Both the position numbers and the translations under genes were made by a program. A stretch of 64,000 bases of DNA from Eledone cirrhosa (taxonomy: Eukaryota). Below, piece after piece: positions 39,120 to 52,095 of the stretch (within the stretch, counting starts at the first letter, position 1; every line of letters begins with the position of its first letter). The notes under the pieces are model-generated. The model was given only the letters and a program-made list of their open reading frames with translations. It was not told where the DNA came from and did no database searches. The DNA lies in contig OZ024741.1 of NCBI GenBank assembly GCA_964016885.1, positions 366,296,001 through 366,360,000 of the forward strand. The letters are read 5' to 3'.

Positions 39120-42100
39120 GGGGCCCTTTCTGCCCGTGTGTTTGTTTGTTTATGTGTGTCCGTATACAGCGTGGTGATAATGCCACACAAGGGCCAAGTG
39201 GGATGGCGGATCCACAGATGGCTATGTAAACATACATTCGCCAATCCTCGATAAGAGTGTTTAAATATCGAACATAAACAGTTCGAATAACGGTGAAATG
39301 GAGACTAGAACGTCATGTGACAGACTCTCACCCAACAGGTGCCCCCTGGCTCAGCAGCAGGAACCTGACTGTCAACGAAATACTGCTGATGTTGGAGGAA
39401 GAAGAAGAAGGAAAGGGGCCAGAACCAACTGGACGAAAGAATTGAATAGAACTGTTATGCAATGCTACCTGAAAAGTAACCCCAAGGAGAGGGGCTACAG
39501 GAGACGGATGCATAACATCTGGAACGAGATTGGTTTATTTAAATTAGATGAACAAAAATTGGCCGGGCAGGCTCGGGTAATAAGAACTAATGGGTGGATA
39601 AGCGAGCTGGAACTGGAGGAACTGAGCAGAGAGAATGGCTTGGAGATGGCGGGTGTAGTATGCCAGACAAGCGAGCCGGCGGGAAATGAGGGTGAGGAGG
39701 TCCTGAGAGCGGAGGAACCACCCGAAGCAGACAATGATCTGAATACTGAGATAAATAATACCTGGAACAGAGATACGGCCACTGAGGAGATGAATGCTGA
39801 CGGGCTAGGACAAGATTCGGTTGACATCCTAAATTTAGTGGTAGATGAGTTGAACAATGATAGTGGGAGACCTATGAACCTAAGATTTGTAGACAGGAAA
39901 AAGTTAAAAGAAACAACAGCTAAGGTAAACAAAGTCATCCCATACCTTGAGGCGAGGAGTCTTCACCAGTGCAACAATATCCTCAAAGCAACAGCAAATA
40001 CGGTGAGGAAACTACTTGGTATAAAAGCGAGAGGAAACAACAGACAAGAAAGAGCAAAGCCGTGGTGGAAGAAGCGACTGAGTGGGCAAATCGGGGAAAT
40101 GAGAAATGACATAGGAAAGCTTGAGTCACTACTGAATGGGACACTAAAAAACATAGGCACTAAAAATAGACTGGAAATAAAATACAAAACTAGGAGTAAA
40201 AAGCTAAATATTATCATAGAGGAATTGAAGCAACGCATTGTAGCAAAGAGTGCCAAAATCAGGCGATACGAGAACAGAGTCAGTCAGTATAAACAGAACC
40301 GCATGTTCGACAACAACCAGAAGATGCTGTTTGGACAGCTTGAGGGGAAAGAAAGAGGCACCGACTTGATCCCTGGGGCGGAACAAGCTAAAACATTCTG
40401 GAGAGGAATATGGGAGCAGGATGTTAGACACAATGCCCAGGCAGGGTGGATTGAGACAGTACAGAGGGAGATCGGTGAGCAGGCACAGCAACAGACTGAT
40501 TTGAGTATCACAGTTGAAACTCTTAAGGGGCAAGCCAAAAAACTAACCAACTGGAAATCACCAGGCCCAGATGGTGTGCAGGGGTATTGGATTAAACATT
40601 TAACATCCCTCCACCCGAAGCTGACGGCCATGTTCAATGACTGCTTGGTGTCGGGTGAGGTGCCAGAGTGGTTGACAAAAGGTACCACAGTTCTGATAAT
40701 GAAAGACCGAATCAAGGGTAATGATGTTACCAACTATAGACCTATCACATGTCTGCCCGTAATGTGGAAACTGTTGACGAGCATTGTGTCTGAGGAAATC
40801 TACCATCACCTCCACACAAACAACTTGTTGCCGGACGAACAGAAAGGATGCCGAAAGAAGTCACGTGGTACAAAGGACCAGTTGCTTATTGATAAGATGG
40901 TAATGGGGAATTGCAGGAGGAGACACACTGATCTTGCCATGGGATGGATAGACTACAGAAAGGCATTTGACATGGTGCCTCATTCCTGGATCACCAAAAG
41001 CCTGGAGATCTTCAGGGTGGCAGATAACATCAGACAGTTGCTGGGCAGGAGTATGGGGTCCTGGGAGACAGAGTTGACATCAACTGGAGTATCCTTGGGA
41101 AGCGTGAAGATCAAGAGAGGTATCTTCCAGGGAGATAGCCTGTCCCCTCTGTTGTTTGTCCTTGCCCTGATGCCCTTGACCATTATGCTGCGAAAAGTGA
41201 GAGCAGGATACAAGTTGGGAAGGGGAGAGCTTACCATCAATCACCTCCTCTTCATGGACGATCTTAAGCTCTTCGGGAAAAGTGAGAAGGAGTTGGATGT
41301 GCTTGTTGACACTGTCCGTATTTTCAGCAGTGATATATGTATGCAGTTTGGTATTGGTAAATGTGGAGTCATTGTGATGAGGAGGGGTAGGTTGAGCAGA
41401 AGTAACGGGATCCAGATACCAACAGGTGAGATGATAAAGGAAATTGACTCTGAGGAAGGATACAAGTATTTGGGCGTTCTGGAGGCTGATGGCATAAAGA
41501 ACAAAAAAATGAAGGAATTGTTAAGAACTGAATACATTCGGAGAGTAAGGAGCGTATTGAAGTCACATCTGAACAGCAGAAATGCCATAAGCGCAGTAAA
41601 TTCCCGAGCTGTGTCTATTATTAGGTACAGTGCGGGAATTCTGAGATGGAATGTTGCTGAACAAAAAGAAATGGATAGGAAGACTAGGAAGCTATTGACT
41701 ATCTACAACATGTTCCACAAGAGGAGTGATGTCGATAGACTCTACCTAAGGAGATCTGAGGGTGGAAGAGGTCTTATCAGCATAGAGGACTGTGTTCAGA
41801 TGGAGAAAAACAACCTATACAAATACGTGACCTATAGTAAGGAGCCAATGCTCAGAGCTGTACTGAAGGAGGGGACAGTAGGCCAGGGGATACCCAAGGA
41901 GGAAATAACATCAAGGAGGAAGAGCAGCCTTAAGGGAAAATCCCTTCATAGTACCTTCTTTGAGAAAACTGAATTTAGAGATCCACAGACATGGAACTGG
42001 TTGAGAAGAGGAGACCTCAAAAAGGCTACAGAAGGAATGCTAATGGCTGCGCAGGAGCAGGCCCTCAAAACGAAGTGGTTGAAGCACCATATCTACAAGG

Positions 42101-42776
42101 AGGAGGCTAGCCCACTGTGCAGGATCTGTGGAGAGAGAGAGGAGACTGTGGCTCACATTGTGTCCGAGTGTAAACACCTAGCCCAGACCCACTATAAGGG
42201 CTGGAGACACGATGTGATGGGCAGGGTGATCCACTGGCACCTGTGCAAAGTAAACAATCTACCACATTCTGAGAAATGGTATGAGCATAGGCCAGAGGCG
42301 GTGATGGAGAACAGTCAGGTGAAGGTGCTGTGGGATTTTAGGATACAGACGGACAAAAAACTGGAACACAATAGACCTGACCTGGTGGTTGTGGACAAAG
42401 AAAAAAGATCGTGCCTGATTGTGGATGTGGCCTGCCCGTTCGACACGAGAGTGCAAGAGAAGGAGAGGGAGAAAATTAACCGATACCAGGACCTAAAGTG
42501 GGAGGTGAAAAGGATTTGGAACTGCCATGAAGTCAAAGTGATCCCGATTGTCATAGGCGCACTGGGGACTATCTCCAAAGGTTTCCAGGGATGGTTAAAG
42601 AAAATCGGCCCCTTCACGCTTTTTGGAACGCTTCAAAAGGCATGCTTGCTTGGAACGGCAAGAACCCTCCGATACGTCCTGAATATCTGAGGCTGCAGGT
42701 AGTGGCTTGATATTCAATCCAACGGACTTTCCAGTTAACCAACATCAATGACTGAGATTCAAGGAATAACAATAAC

Positions 42777-42800
<24 letters not shown>
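39120..42800 (+). mobile_element. Apparently full-length Dong-like LINE, copy 1
   Basis: Structured putative 5' UTR (5' boundary uncertain), ORF, ~75-nt 3' UTR, (TAA)n tail. Confidence 0.9.
39298..42690 (+). CDS. R4/Dong-clade non-LTR retrotransposon ORF (RT plus restriction-like endonuclease), intact, 1130 aa
   Basis: N-terminal WTKELNRTVMQCY..GYRRRM..W; KSPGPDG; YRPITCL; IDYRKAFD; [10 protein letters not shown]; LFMDD; CRICG..E...H....C; RHD; RPDLVV; DVACPFD; KINRYQDL. Confidence 0.97.
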   Translation: METRTSCDRLSPNRCPLAQQQEPDCQRNTADVGGRRRRKGARTNWTKELNRTVMQCYLKSNPKERGYRRRMHNIWNEIGLFKLDEQKLAGQARVIRTNGWISELELEELSRENGLEMAGVVCQTSEPAGNEGEEVLRAEEPPEADNDLNTEINNTWNRDTATEEMNADGLGQDSVDILNLVVDELNNDSGRPMNLRFVDRKKLKETTAKVNKVIPYLEARSLHQCNNILKATANTVRKLLGIKARGNNRQERAKPWWKKRLSGQIGEMRNDIGKLESLLNGTLKNIGTKNRLEIKYKTRSKKLNIIIEELKQRIVAKSAKIRRYENRVSQYKQNRMFDNNQKMLFGQLEGKERGTDLIPGAEQAKTFWRGIWEQDVRHNAQAGWIETVQREIGEQAQQQTDLSITVETLKGQAKKLTNWKSPGPDGVQGYWIKHLTSLHPKLTAMFNDCLVSGEVPEWLTKGTTVLIMKDRIKGNDVTNYRPITCLPVMWKLLTSIVSEEIYHHLHTNNLLPDEQKGCRKKSRGTKDQLLIDKMVMGNCRRRHTDLAMGWIDYRKAFDMVPHSWITKSLEIFRVADNIRQLLGRSMGSWETELTSTGVSLGSVKIKRGIFQGDSLSPLLFVLALMPLTIMLRKVRAGYKLGRGELTINHLLFMDDLKLFGKSEKELDVLVDTVRIFSSDICMQFGIGKCGVIVMRRGRLSRSNGIQIPTGEMIKEIDSEEGYKYLGVLEADGIKNKKMKELLRTEYIRRVRSVLKSHLNSRNAISAVNSRAVSIIRYSAGILRWNVAEQKEMDRKTRKLLTIYNMFHKRSDVDRLYLRRSEGGRGLISIEDCVQMEKNNLYKYVTYSKEPMLRAVLKEGTVGQGIPKEEITSRRKSSLKGKSLHSTFFEKTEFRDPQTWNWLRRGDLKKATEGMLMAAQEQALKTKWLKHHIYKEEASPLCRICGEREETVAHIVSECKHLAQTHYKGWRHDVMGRVIHWHLCKVNNLPHSEKWYEHRPEAVMENSQVKVLWDFRIQTDKKLEHNRPDLVVVDKEKRSCLIVDVACPFDTRVQEKEREKINRYQDLKWEVKRIWNCHEVKVIPIVIGALGTISKGFQGWLKKIGPFTLFGTLQKACLLGTARTLRYVLNI

Positions 42801-42808
<8 letters not shown>

Positions 42809-44860
42809 TGTTACCAACTATAGACCTATCACATGTCTGCCCGTAATGTGGAAACTGTTGACGAGCATTGTGTCTGAGGAAATCTACCATCACCTCCACA
42901 CAAACAACTTGTTACCGGACGAACAGAAAGGATGCCGAAAGAAGTCACGTGGTACAAAGGACCAGTTGCTTATTGATAAGATGGTAATGGGGAATTGCAG
43001 GAGGAGAGACACTGATCTTGCCATGGGATGGATAGACTACAGAAAGGCATTTGACATGGTGCCTCATTCCTGGATCACCAAAAGCCTGGAGGTCTTCAGG
43101 GTGGCAGATAACATCAGACAGTTGCTGGGCAGGAGTATGGGGTCCTGGGAGACAGAGTTGACATCAACTGGAGTATCCTTGGGAACCGTGAAGATCAAGA
43201 GAGGTATCTTCCAGGGAGATAGCCTGTCCCCTCTGTTGTTTGTCCTTGCCCTGATGCCCTTGACCATTATGCTGCGAAAAGTGAGAGCAGGATACAAGTT
43301 GGGAAGGGGAGAGCTTACCATCAATCACCTCCTCTTCATGGACGATCTTAAGCTCTTCGGGAAAAGTGAGAAGGAGTTGGATGTGCTTGTTGACACTGTC
43401 CGTATTTTCAGCAGTGATATATGTATGCAGTTTGGTATTGGTAAATGTGGAGTCATTGTGATGAGGAGGGGTAGGTTGAGCAGAAGTAACGGGATCCAGA
43501 TACCAACAGGTGAGATGATAAAGGAAATTGACTCTGAGGAAGGATACAAGTATTTGGGCGTTCTGGAGGCTGATGGCATAAAGAACAAAAAAATGAAGGA
43601 ATTGTTAAGAACTGAATACATTCGGAGAGTAAGGAGCGTATTGAAGTCACATCTGAACAGCAGAAATGCCATAAGCGCAGTAAATTCCCGAGCTGTGTCT
43701 ATTATTAGGTACAGTGCGGGAATTCTGAGATGGAATGTTGCTGAACAAAAAGAAATGGATAGGAAGACTAGGAAGCTATTGACTATCTACAACATGTTCC
43801 ACAAGAGGAGTGATGTCGATAGACTCTACCTAAGGAGATCTGAGGGTGGAAGAGGTCTTATCAGCATAGAGGACTGTGTTCAGATGGAGAAAAACAACCT
43901 ATACAAATACGTGACCTATAGTAAGGAGCCAATGCTCAGAACTGTACTGAAGGAGGGGACAGTAGGCCAGGGGATGTCCAAGGAGGAAATAACATCAAGG
44001 AGGAAGAGCAGCCTTAAGGGAAAATCCCTTCGTAGTACCTTCTTTGAGAAAACTGAATTTAGAGATCCACAGACATGGAACTGGTTGAGAAGAGGAGACC
44101 TCAAAAAGGCTACAGAAGGAATGCTAATGGCTGCGCAGGAGCAGGCCCTCAAAACGAAGTGGTTGAAGCACCATATCTACAATGAGGAGGCTAGCCCACT
44201 GTGCAGGATCTGTGGAGAGAGAGAGGAGACTGTGGCTCACATTGTGTCCGAGTGTAAACACCTAGCCCAGACCCACTATAAGGGCTGGAGACACGATGTG
44301 ATGGGCAGGGTGATCCACTGGCACCTGTGCAAAGTAAACAACCTACCACATTCTGAGAAATGGTATGAGCATAGGCCAGAGGCGGTGATGGAGAACAGTC
44401 AGGTGAAGGTGCTGTGGGATTTTAGGATACAGACGGACAAAAAACTGGAACACAATAGACCTGACCTGGTGGTTGTGGACAAAGAAAAAAGATCGTGCCT
44501 GATTGTGGATGTGGCCTGCCCGTTCGACACGAGAGTGCAAGAGAAGGAGAGGGAGAAAATTAACCGATACCAGGACCTAAAGTGGGAGGTGAAAAGGATT
44601 TGGAACTGCCATGAAGTCAAAGTGATCCCGATTGTCATAGGCGCACTGGGGACTATCTCCAAAGGTTTCCAGGGATGGTTAAAGAAAATCGGCCCCTTCA
44701 CGCTTTTTGGAACGCTTCAAAAGGCATGCTTGCTTGGAACAGCAAGAACCCTCCGATACGTCCTGAATATCTGAGGCTGCAGGTAGTGGCTTGATATTCA
44801 ATCCAACGGACTTTCCAGTTAACCAACATCAATGACTGAGATTCAAGGAATAACAATAAC

Positions 44861-44912
<52 letters not shown>
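42801..44912 (+). mobile_element. 5'-truncated Dong-like LINE, copy 2 (open frame to 44774)
   Basis: Matches copy 1 from ~40721 onward with about 11 substitutions seen; same 3' UTR and (TAA)n tail. Confidence 0.95.
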
Positions 44913-44916
<4 letters not shown>

Positions 44917-47900
44917 GAAAGGATCGAAAAAGTGGAGGGAGTGCATGCTCAGGATGAAACTCCAAATGAAAATAATGAGATCGTAAATGATAAAGAAATG
45001 AATGAGAATGAACTTGCCAACTTGAAGGATGAAATTATGATCGAATGGATGAAAATGAAAGAATCTGACATGGGGCAACGAGACACCCTCCCTAAGATCC
45101 AGAACTACAAACAGAACCAAAAGATAATACACAAGACTAACATAATTCTCAAAAACATTATCATCACAAACAAACTAAACATTACTGATTTAAATCATCT
45201 CTATTATGCATCGGCTAAAGTCACCACTCACTTATGTGGAGTGAAGATGAAAAAACAAAGGAATTCCCACAAGAAATCTACTTGGCAAGAGAACATCAAT
45301 CGCCAAATAAACCTTCTCCGATCTGACATAGAAATTTTAACAAACTATAAAGTAGGTGAACATGTTAAACAAACTAAACTTAGAAAATTGAAAAAAAAGT
45401 ACAGTATAAAATCAACATGTGACATAGACATGCTGATAGAAATAATCAAGCAAAAAGTGTCGGCCAAAGCTGCTCGTATAAGGCGCTTTGAAAAACGATC
45501 TAGATTCTATAAGGACAATAATATGTTCAAAAACAACCAAAGAAACTTCTACAGAAAATTGGTAAGTCAACAATAACTGCTAAATCAATACCACCCAAGG
45601 AGGAAGTGCAAGAATTCTGGGAAAAGATCTGGGCCGAAGAAAAAGTTCATAACATACATGCCCCATGGATAGTCAGACAAATGAAAGATACAGCTCACCT
45701 TGAGGAACAAATATGGGAAAATATAACAGTTGAACAGTTGCGCTTGGCTCTAAGAAAATCCAGCAAATGGAAATCCCCAGGAAAAGACAAAATACAAAAC
45801 TTTTGGATAAATGCCTTCACAGAGTCTCATGAGCTGTTAGCCCAACTTTACAATGAAATAGTTAAGGAGCCAGAAAAGATACCATCATCGCTAGTTAACG
45901 GCATTACATGCCTGCTTCCGAAGAATGATGAGACAAACAATCCCAAAAATTACAGACCGATAACTTGCTTGACCACAATGTATAAAACTTTAACATCAGT
46001 CCTAACTGAATACACATATGACCACCTGATAACAAATGACCTTTTTCCCATTGAGCAGAAAGGGTGTAAACGAGGCTCATATGGCTGTAAGGATCAGCTT
46101 CTGGTTAACAAAATGATACTGGAAGATTGTCATAATAGACACAAAAATCTATCGATTGCTTGGATAGATTATAAAAAAGCATTCGATAGTTTACCACACA
46201 GTTGGATTGAAAAATGTTTAGAGATTTTCAAAATATCCCCCGTTGTCAGGAGGTTTTTGTCATTCAGTATGAAGACATGGAAAACGACACTCCTTTTGAA
46301 TAGTGAAACAAAATCACTGGAAGCTGGAGAAGTTAATATTAATTGTGGAATTTTTCAGGGTGACTCTTTATCACCGCTTTTATTCTGCATCGCACTTATA
46401 CCATTAAGTAAAATACCTCAATGAAACAAAACATGGATATAAAGTCTATGACAAAACCATTAATCACCTGTTCTACATGGATGACCTGAAACTATTTGCA
46501 AAAAATGATGAACAATTGCAATGGCTATTATCCACTGTGGAGCAGTTCAGTGATGACATTAAAATGGAGTTTGGACTAGATAAATGCGCCAAAGCAACGT
46601 TCACCAGAGGAAAGCTGCTGAAGAGTTCAGACATTAATCTTGATCGGGAGAACGTGATAAGAGAACTTGATCAAGAAAAAACTTACAAATATCTAGGTGT
46701 TTGTGAAGGAGACGGAATCAAGCACTCGACAATGAGGGAAAGGATAAGGAAGGAATGTTACCGCAGAGTAAGAGCAATCTTAAGAACGGAATTGAATGCA
46801 AGGAATAGGAACGATGCCATAAACACGCTTGCCATACCAGTAGTAACCTACAGTTACAATGTCATCAACTGGTCAAGCACAGAGATCCGTAGGCTCGATA
46901 CAAAAATTCGAAAATTCTTAACCATGCACAGAATGCATCACCCTAAGGCAGATATAGATAGAATATATCTCCCTAGGAAAGAAGGAGGACGTGGGTTAAT
47001 CCAGTTAGACATTGCGTTGAAAACTGCAACAATTGGATTATCTACATATCTAAGGGAATCACATGATTGGATGATCAAACTCGTTTTGAAGCACGAAAGC
47101 ATCAAAAGATCATATTCCATTACAAAAGATGCACAAAGATACAGTAATGGACTACAAATTTCAGAAGTCCCATTTACTGCTGAAATGGAAAACACAGAAA
47201 AAGCAAAGCAGGTAAAAGTAACTGCAAAGAAAGAACTGCTACAGAAACTGGCTAAGAAATGGCAAGAAAAGCCTCTGTATGGAAAATACCCAGAGCGAGC
47301 TAACAATCCTGATAACAATCCTGATGTTGACAAAACTTTAACCCATCAGTGGTTGGCATCCTCTGGACTGAAATCGGAGACTGAAGGACTGATTATATCA
47401 GCACAAGATCAGTGTCTGCCAACAAAAAATTACCAAGCCAACATAATAAAAAATGGATTCAGCCCATTATGCCGTGTATGCAAAAAACAACCAGAGACCA
47501 TTGACCATATAATTTCAATGTGCAGTCCTATAGCTCCAACCGAATACCTAAACAGGCATGACAGAGCTGCACAATACATACATTGGATAATGTGTAAGCA
47601 TTTTGACCTGCCCCATCAAAAGAATTGGTGGGAGCATCAACCACCTCCCATACTTGAAAAAGATCACATCTCAATCTTGTGGAACTTTAGCATCCAAACA
47701 GACCGAAAAATAGATGCAAATAGACCTGATATAATATTGAAGGACTTTAAAAAGAGGGTATGCCTGCTAATTGATATGTCTGTTCCAATAGACAAGAATG
47801 TATCTATAAAAACATTTAAAAAATTGAGCAAGTATAAGGACCTGGAGATAGAAATTGGAAAAAAGTGGAAATTGAGAACTAAAACAATACCAGTGGTTGT

Positions 47901-48036
47901 AGGCGCTCTGGAAATGATACCTAAGGGGTTTAATGATTACTTATCGCAGATCCCAGGAAACCCGCGTATAGGAGAAATACAAAAGATAGTACTAATGGGA
48001 ACTGCCCATATACTAAGGAAGATTCTGTCAATATAA
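44913..48036 (+). pseudogene. Second, more degenerate Dong/R4 family, 5'-truncated, two frameshifts
   Basis: ORFs 44932-45576, 45606-46424 and 46477-48036 are colinear with the 1130-aa ORF ([33 protein letters not shown]). Confidence 0.93.
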
Positions 48037-48069
48037 GTACATCACAAGTCTAAACACTAAAGATGCATG

Positions 48070-48386
48070 TGTGAGTATGTATGAAGGAAGGGGTATTGAA
48101 ATAGTAGGGCATACGACAAATAAAAAATAAAGGTATAAATGTTTATAGCTGATTAAGACCACTCAACAGTTCCTAAGGCAAATAATCAATAAAAGTAAAC
48201 ATTAAAAAAATCTGTATTTAATTATGCATATACATACAAAACCATACATACACACACACACACACAACCAACTACATACAAATATATATACGTATACATA
48301 TATATACATATATATACACACATATATATATATGTATGTATATATACACACATACTAATAAACACACACACAAAGTAGAAACGGTT

Positions 48387-48433
<47 letters not shown>

Positions 48434-49330
48434 CATACACATACACATATATATAAACATTTATACATACATATACACACATATATATATATACATACAC
48501 TTATATACACATATAAAATTAATATCTAAAAATGAAAAGGGGTGGGTATGTAAAGGGTAAGGTAGAGAGTAGGTGGGAATAAGGAAAAGTTAAAAAATAA
48601 GAGGAGATAAGGGAGAAAGAGAAAATAAGGGTACAGAAAGTGAGTTCAGAGAGTAATAAAAGTCGTAGTAGATGTAAGGCGTAAAGGGCAAAGAAGAGGT
48701 TCAAGGTGGTTAAGTCATCGTAGCAAAGAAGAAGTTCAAGGTGGTTGAGTCATCGTAGGAATGTCAATCCAGTTACAGAGCAGATGTGATTTCAGGTGAG
48801 GACAACATCTGAAGATCTCGGTCTTGGAGTTAAGGCAAGTTGAAGAGGCTTTCAAATTCTGTAGAATTCTAAATTTTTCAGTGGTACACAAAGAACAATT
48901 CTTTGTGCCCCTTTGGTATTCCCTCGAATAGTCTAAAATAGACCAATCGATAGAGTACGGGATGTTGTTTTGTCACACACACACACACACAATATCTTTG
49001 AATTCCCACACCTTATTAGCGAGAGCCGTTGCTGTTCTTTTATCAGAGTGTTTAAAAGAAGCGACATGTGCATAAAACCTGGCTTTGAACCTGTCTTGAG
49101 TCATACCAACATATCGTTCACTCCTAGCTGGCTGGTTGTTAATCAAAGGTGTTACTTTGGCCTCATATACAACGGATTTGGTGTTACATTTGCCCTGCAA
49201 TGGGCATTCGTCCGGCTTTCTGCAACTGCATCCTGGATTTATTCTCGTACGATTAGAGTTGGTAATTTTAGACTTCATAGATGGGCAGCAAGAGTAACTA
49301 ATTTTAACTACATTTCTATTAAATATCTTA
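48070..49330 (-). mobile_element. Naiad fragment: GIY-YIG (48735-49330) split by a (GT)n insertion, plus probable 3' UTR
   Basis: CSCRKPDECPLQGKC..VVY..YVGMTQDRFKARFYAH..LANKVWEFK, resuming after (GT)n as NIPYSIDWSIL..CSLCTTEK..LNSKTEIFRCCPH. UTR extent uncertain. Confidence 0.8.
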
Positions 49331-49343
49331 TAATATCTATGAT

Positions 49344-49377
<34 letters not shown>

Positions 49378-49382
49378 ATCAT

Positions 49383-49580
49383 AACGTGAAATAAAGTGTC
49401 TTGCTCAAGGAAATAACGCATCTCCTGGACCAGGTGATGCGTTATGTCCTTGAGCAAGACACTTTATTTCACGTTGCTCCTTCTACCTGGAGTTGCGACC
49501 GATAGATAGTATTAGCAATTGGAAAGACCAACGGAAACATTGTTCCCTCGGTCCGATTTGACGAAAGTCGATCGTTCCTT
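49383..49580 (+). mobile_element. 5'-truncated SINE family B with fold-back 5' end
   Basis: Matches 6640-6790; 49383-49475 is a near-perfect palindrome. Confidence 0.8.
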
Positions 49581-49621
49581 TTATATATATATATATACAT
49601 ACATTTATATACACACACACA

Positions 49622-49656
<35 letters not shown>

Positions 49657-49667
49657 GTGTGTGTGTT

Positions 49668-49792
49668 ATGGTAGCTAAGATGTATCCATAGGCGGTATGC
49701 CGGTTGAGCACTCTATGATTTACAGAGCAGCGTATGAAAGAATAGAAAACGAAAAATCAGTGATGCATCTGAACTCAATTTATTGTGTTACA
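49668..49792 (-). mobile_element. Short PLE tail fragment, same family as 10241-10366
   Basis: Clear reverse-complement similarity; flanked by TA/CA repeats. Confidence 0.8.
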
Positions 49793-49914
49793 TATATATA
49801 TATATATAGATATACATAGATATATGGTGTTTTCATACATACACACACAACTACATACGCATATATGCGTGTGTGTGAGAGAGAGAGGGAGAAACAGTGT
49901 GTGTGTGTGCGTGC

Positions 49915-50034
<120 letters not shown>

Positions 50035-50534
50035 CAAAACAGTTTGTTTTTTTTCTTTCAATTTAGTGGATTAGAGTAACGTTGTTCAAGGACAATAGGT
50101 GGTATCGAACTCACGGTGGTGAGCCGAACAACCAAACCTGTAAGCGACATGCCTTCACTACTTCAATCTCTATTCTGTGGCAACTACTGCCAACGAGTTT
50201 TGCTTCTGCTTATATAAACTGACATTTAAATATCTCTTCCTTACACTTTTGTGAAGGTTACTTTGAGACTATAAATATATCTCGGCAGCAATCAATATAT
50301 GCTAGCCCATTGAAATATAATACTATCACTCCCTTACTCTTTCACTGGTTTCGGACAGTAGATTGCAGTCATGCTGGAGCACCGCTTATATAAATTTAGA
50401 CGAGTCTGGTACTTACCTGTTTATCAATCTTTTTTTGTTGAACCCCTACATGCTGAATATAAACATAGACACGGACACAAACGTAAAAATAGACGCACAC
50501 ACAAACGCACACACACACGCACACACACACACGC

Positions 50535-50579
<45 letters not shown>

Positions 50580-50717
50580 CGTGTTATTGATGAACGTGAG
50601 AAAGAGCACTCAATACCGAAGTAGAGTTTAGATATTCCATATTATGGATAAGTGGTGGGACCTGTTACCTTGGAGTTTCAACTGATCACGCGCAGAATCA
50701 TCGCACACACACACGCG

Positions 50718-50777
<60 letters not shown>

Positions 50778-51277
50778 TTTCTGTCAATCAAATTCCATCC
50801 ACAAATCATTGTTCCACTGGAGGCTATGTTGTTGTTCGTCTATCTTCATATTTCCTATACATCACCTCTGCGACAACAAATGTTATCATCATCATCATCA
50901 TCATCATCATCACCATCATTATTAATCATAGTTTATCTATTGTATTGTGAACGTTCAAGTTGATATATCTGTTTGCTATTAAAATCATTCTAATTTTCAT
51001 TCTATTTTGTTTTTCATAAAATATTTTAACGTCTTGCTGTGTAATTAATATATATATTTTTATTTTGTATTTTGTTTCTTTTCATTCAATATAGTTACTT
51101 GGAGTGCGAGGGTCGTTGTCTCTCTAACTTGTAATCATCTAGAATTGAATGAAAACAGAAATTAAATTATTTCTAACTGTTCAAAAGTGACATCAAAACT
51201 TGTTTTTAACTTGATATTGGAGGTTATTCGAGAAGAGTTCTCCAAAGAAAATATTGACAAAAATATTTTACTTTAGT

Positions 51278-51408
51278 CAGACCTACCAACCTCTAAAACC
51301 CCCAAATGGGGAGTACGATCAAAAATAAAAGGGCTTCAAAACGGGGAGAAATGAAGCAAAATAGGGAGAAGACATCTCTCACCCATCCGAAAGTGGGTGG
51401 GAGATCTG
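51278..51408. mobile_element. MITE, same family as 21054-21243
   Basis: CAGACCTACCAAC...AGATCTG, flanking duplication ctttagt. Confidence 0.7.
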
Positions 51409-52095
51409 CTTTAGTTGTCCATGAGGCGCAACTGAGATATACCACCTAGACTAGGGTGTAGAATCTGCAGCCCCCTACCAACTTATCCTTCACTTTTGCT
51501 TTTTAATTTGCTTCCTCTTTGGTTGTTCTTTCTTTTTTATCGGCAAAGGGACGTAATTATAGCTGTTTCATAAAAATCATGATGATTTGAGTACAATTCT
51601 AGGTATAATGAGTGCAGTCTGTAATTTCTTCTGGAGGACTCTCAGGTCTTGTATTGTTTTGCATAGAAGATATGCAAATATTACAGCCACTTCTAGTTTA
51701 GCCCGTATATTAAAACAGAACAAAATAATCATACATATGCAGATCCCACTCATTTCTGTGATTTAACCACTCATTACTAGATTTATCAATCATATGAAAC
51801 TTGAAGCAATTAATATTGTGACACTTATGTCCTTCCAAAAGATATAAGTAATACAATAATAACCTATTTTATTATTCAACATCATAATTAAAGTAATGGA
51901 AGAAGTTTGTCTGCGAACAACTGTAAATATACTTGATAAGTAAACAACTTTCTAAATTGCAATTTGTCTTTTGAACAAAGCATGACACATATGTTCTGAT
52001 TATCTTCTCCTACTCATGAAACAACTTAACATAGGCCAGCAAGTATAGCTCTTGCTCAATGTAATGTGTAAATCTTCAATCTAAACAATGCTAAT

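Noticed and set aside
39495-44701. Antisense ORFs over the Dong elements
   Set aside because: Shadow frames of the coding strand with no motifs.
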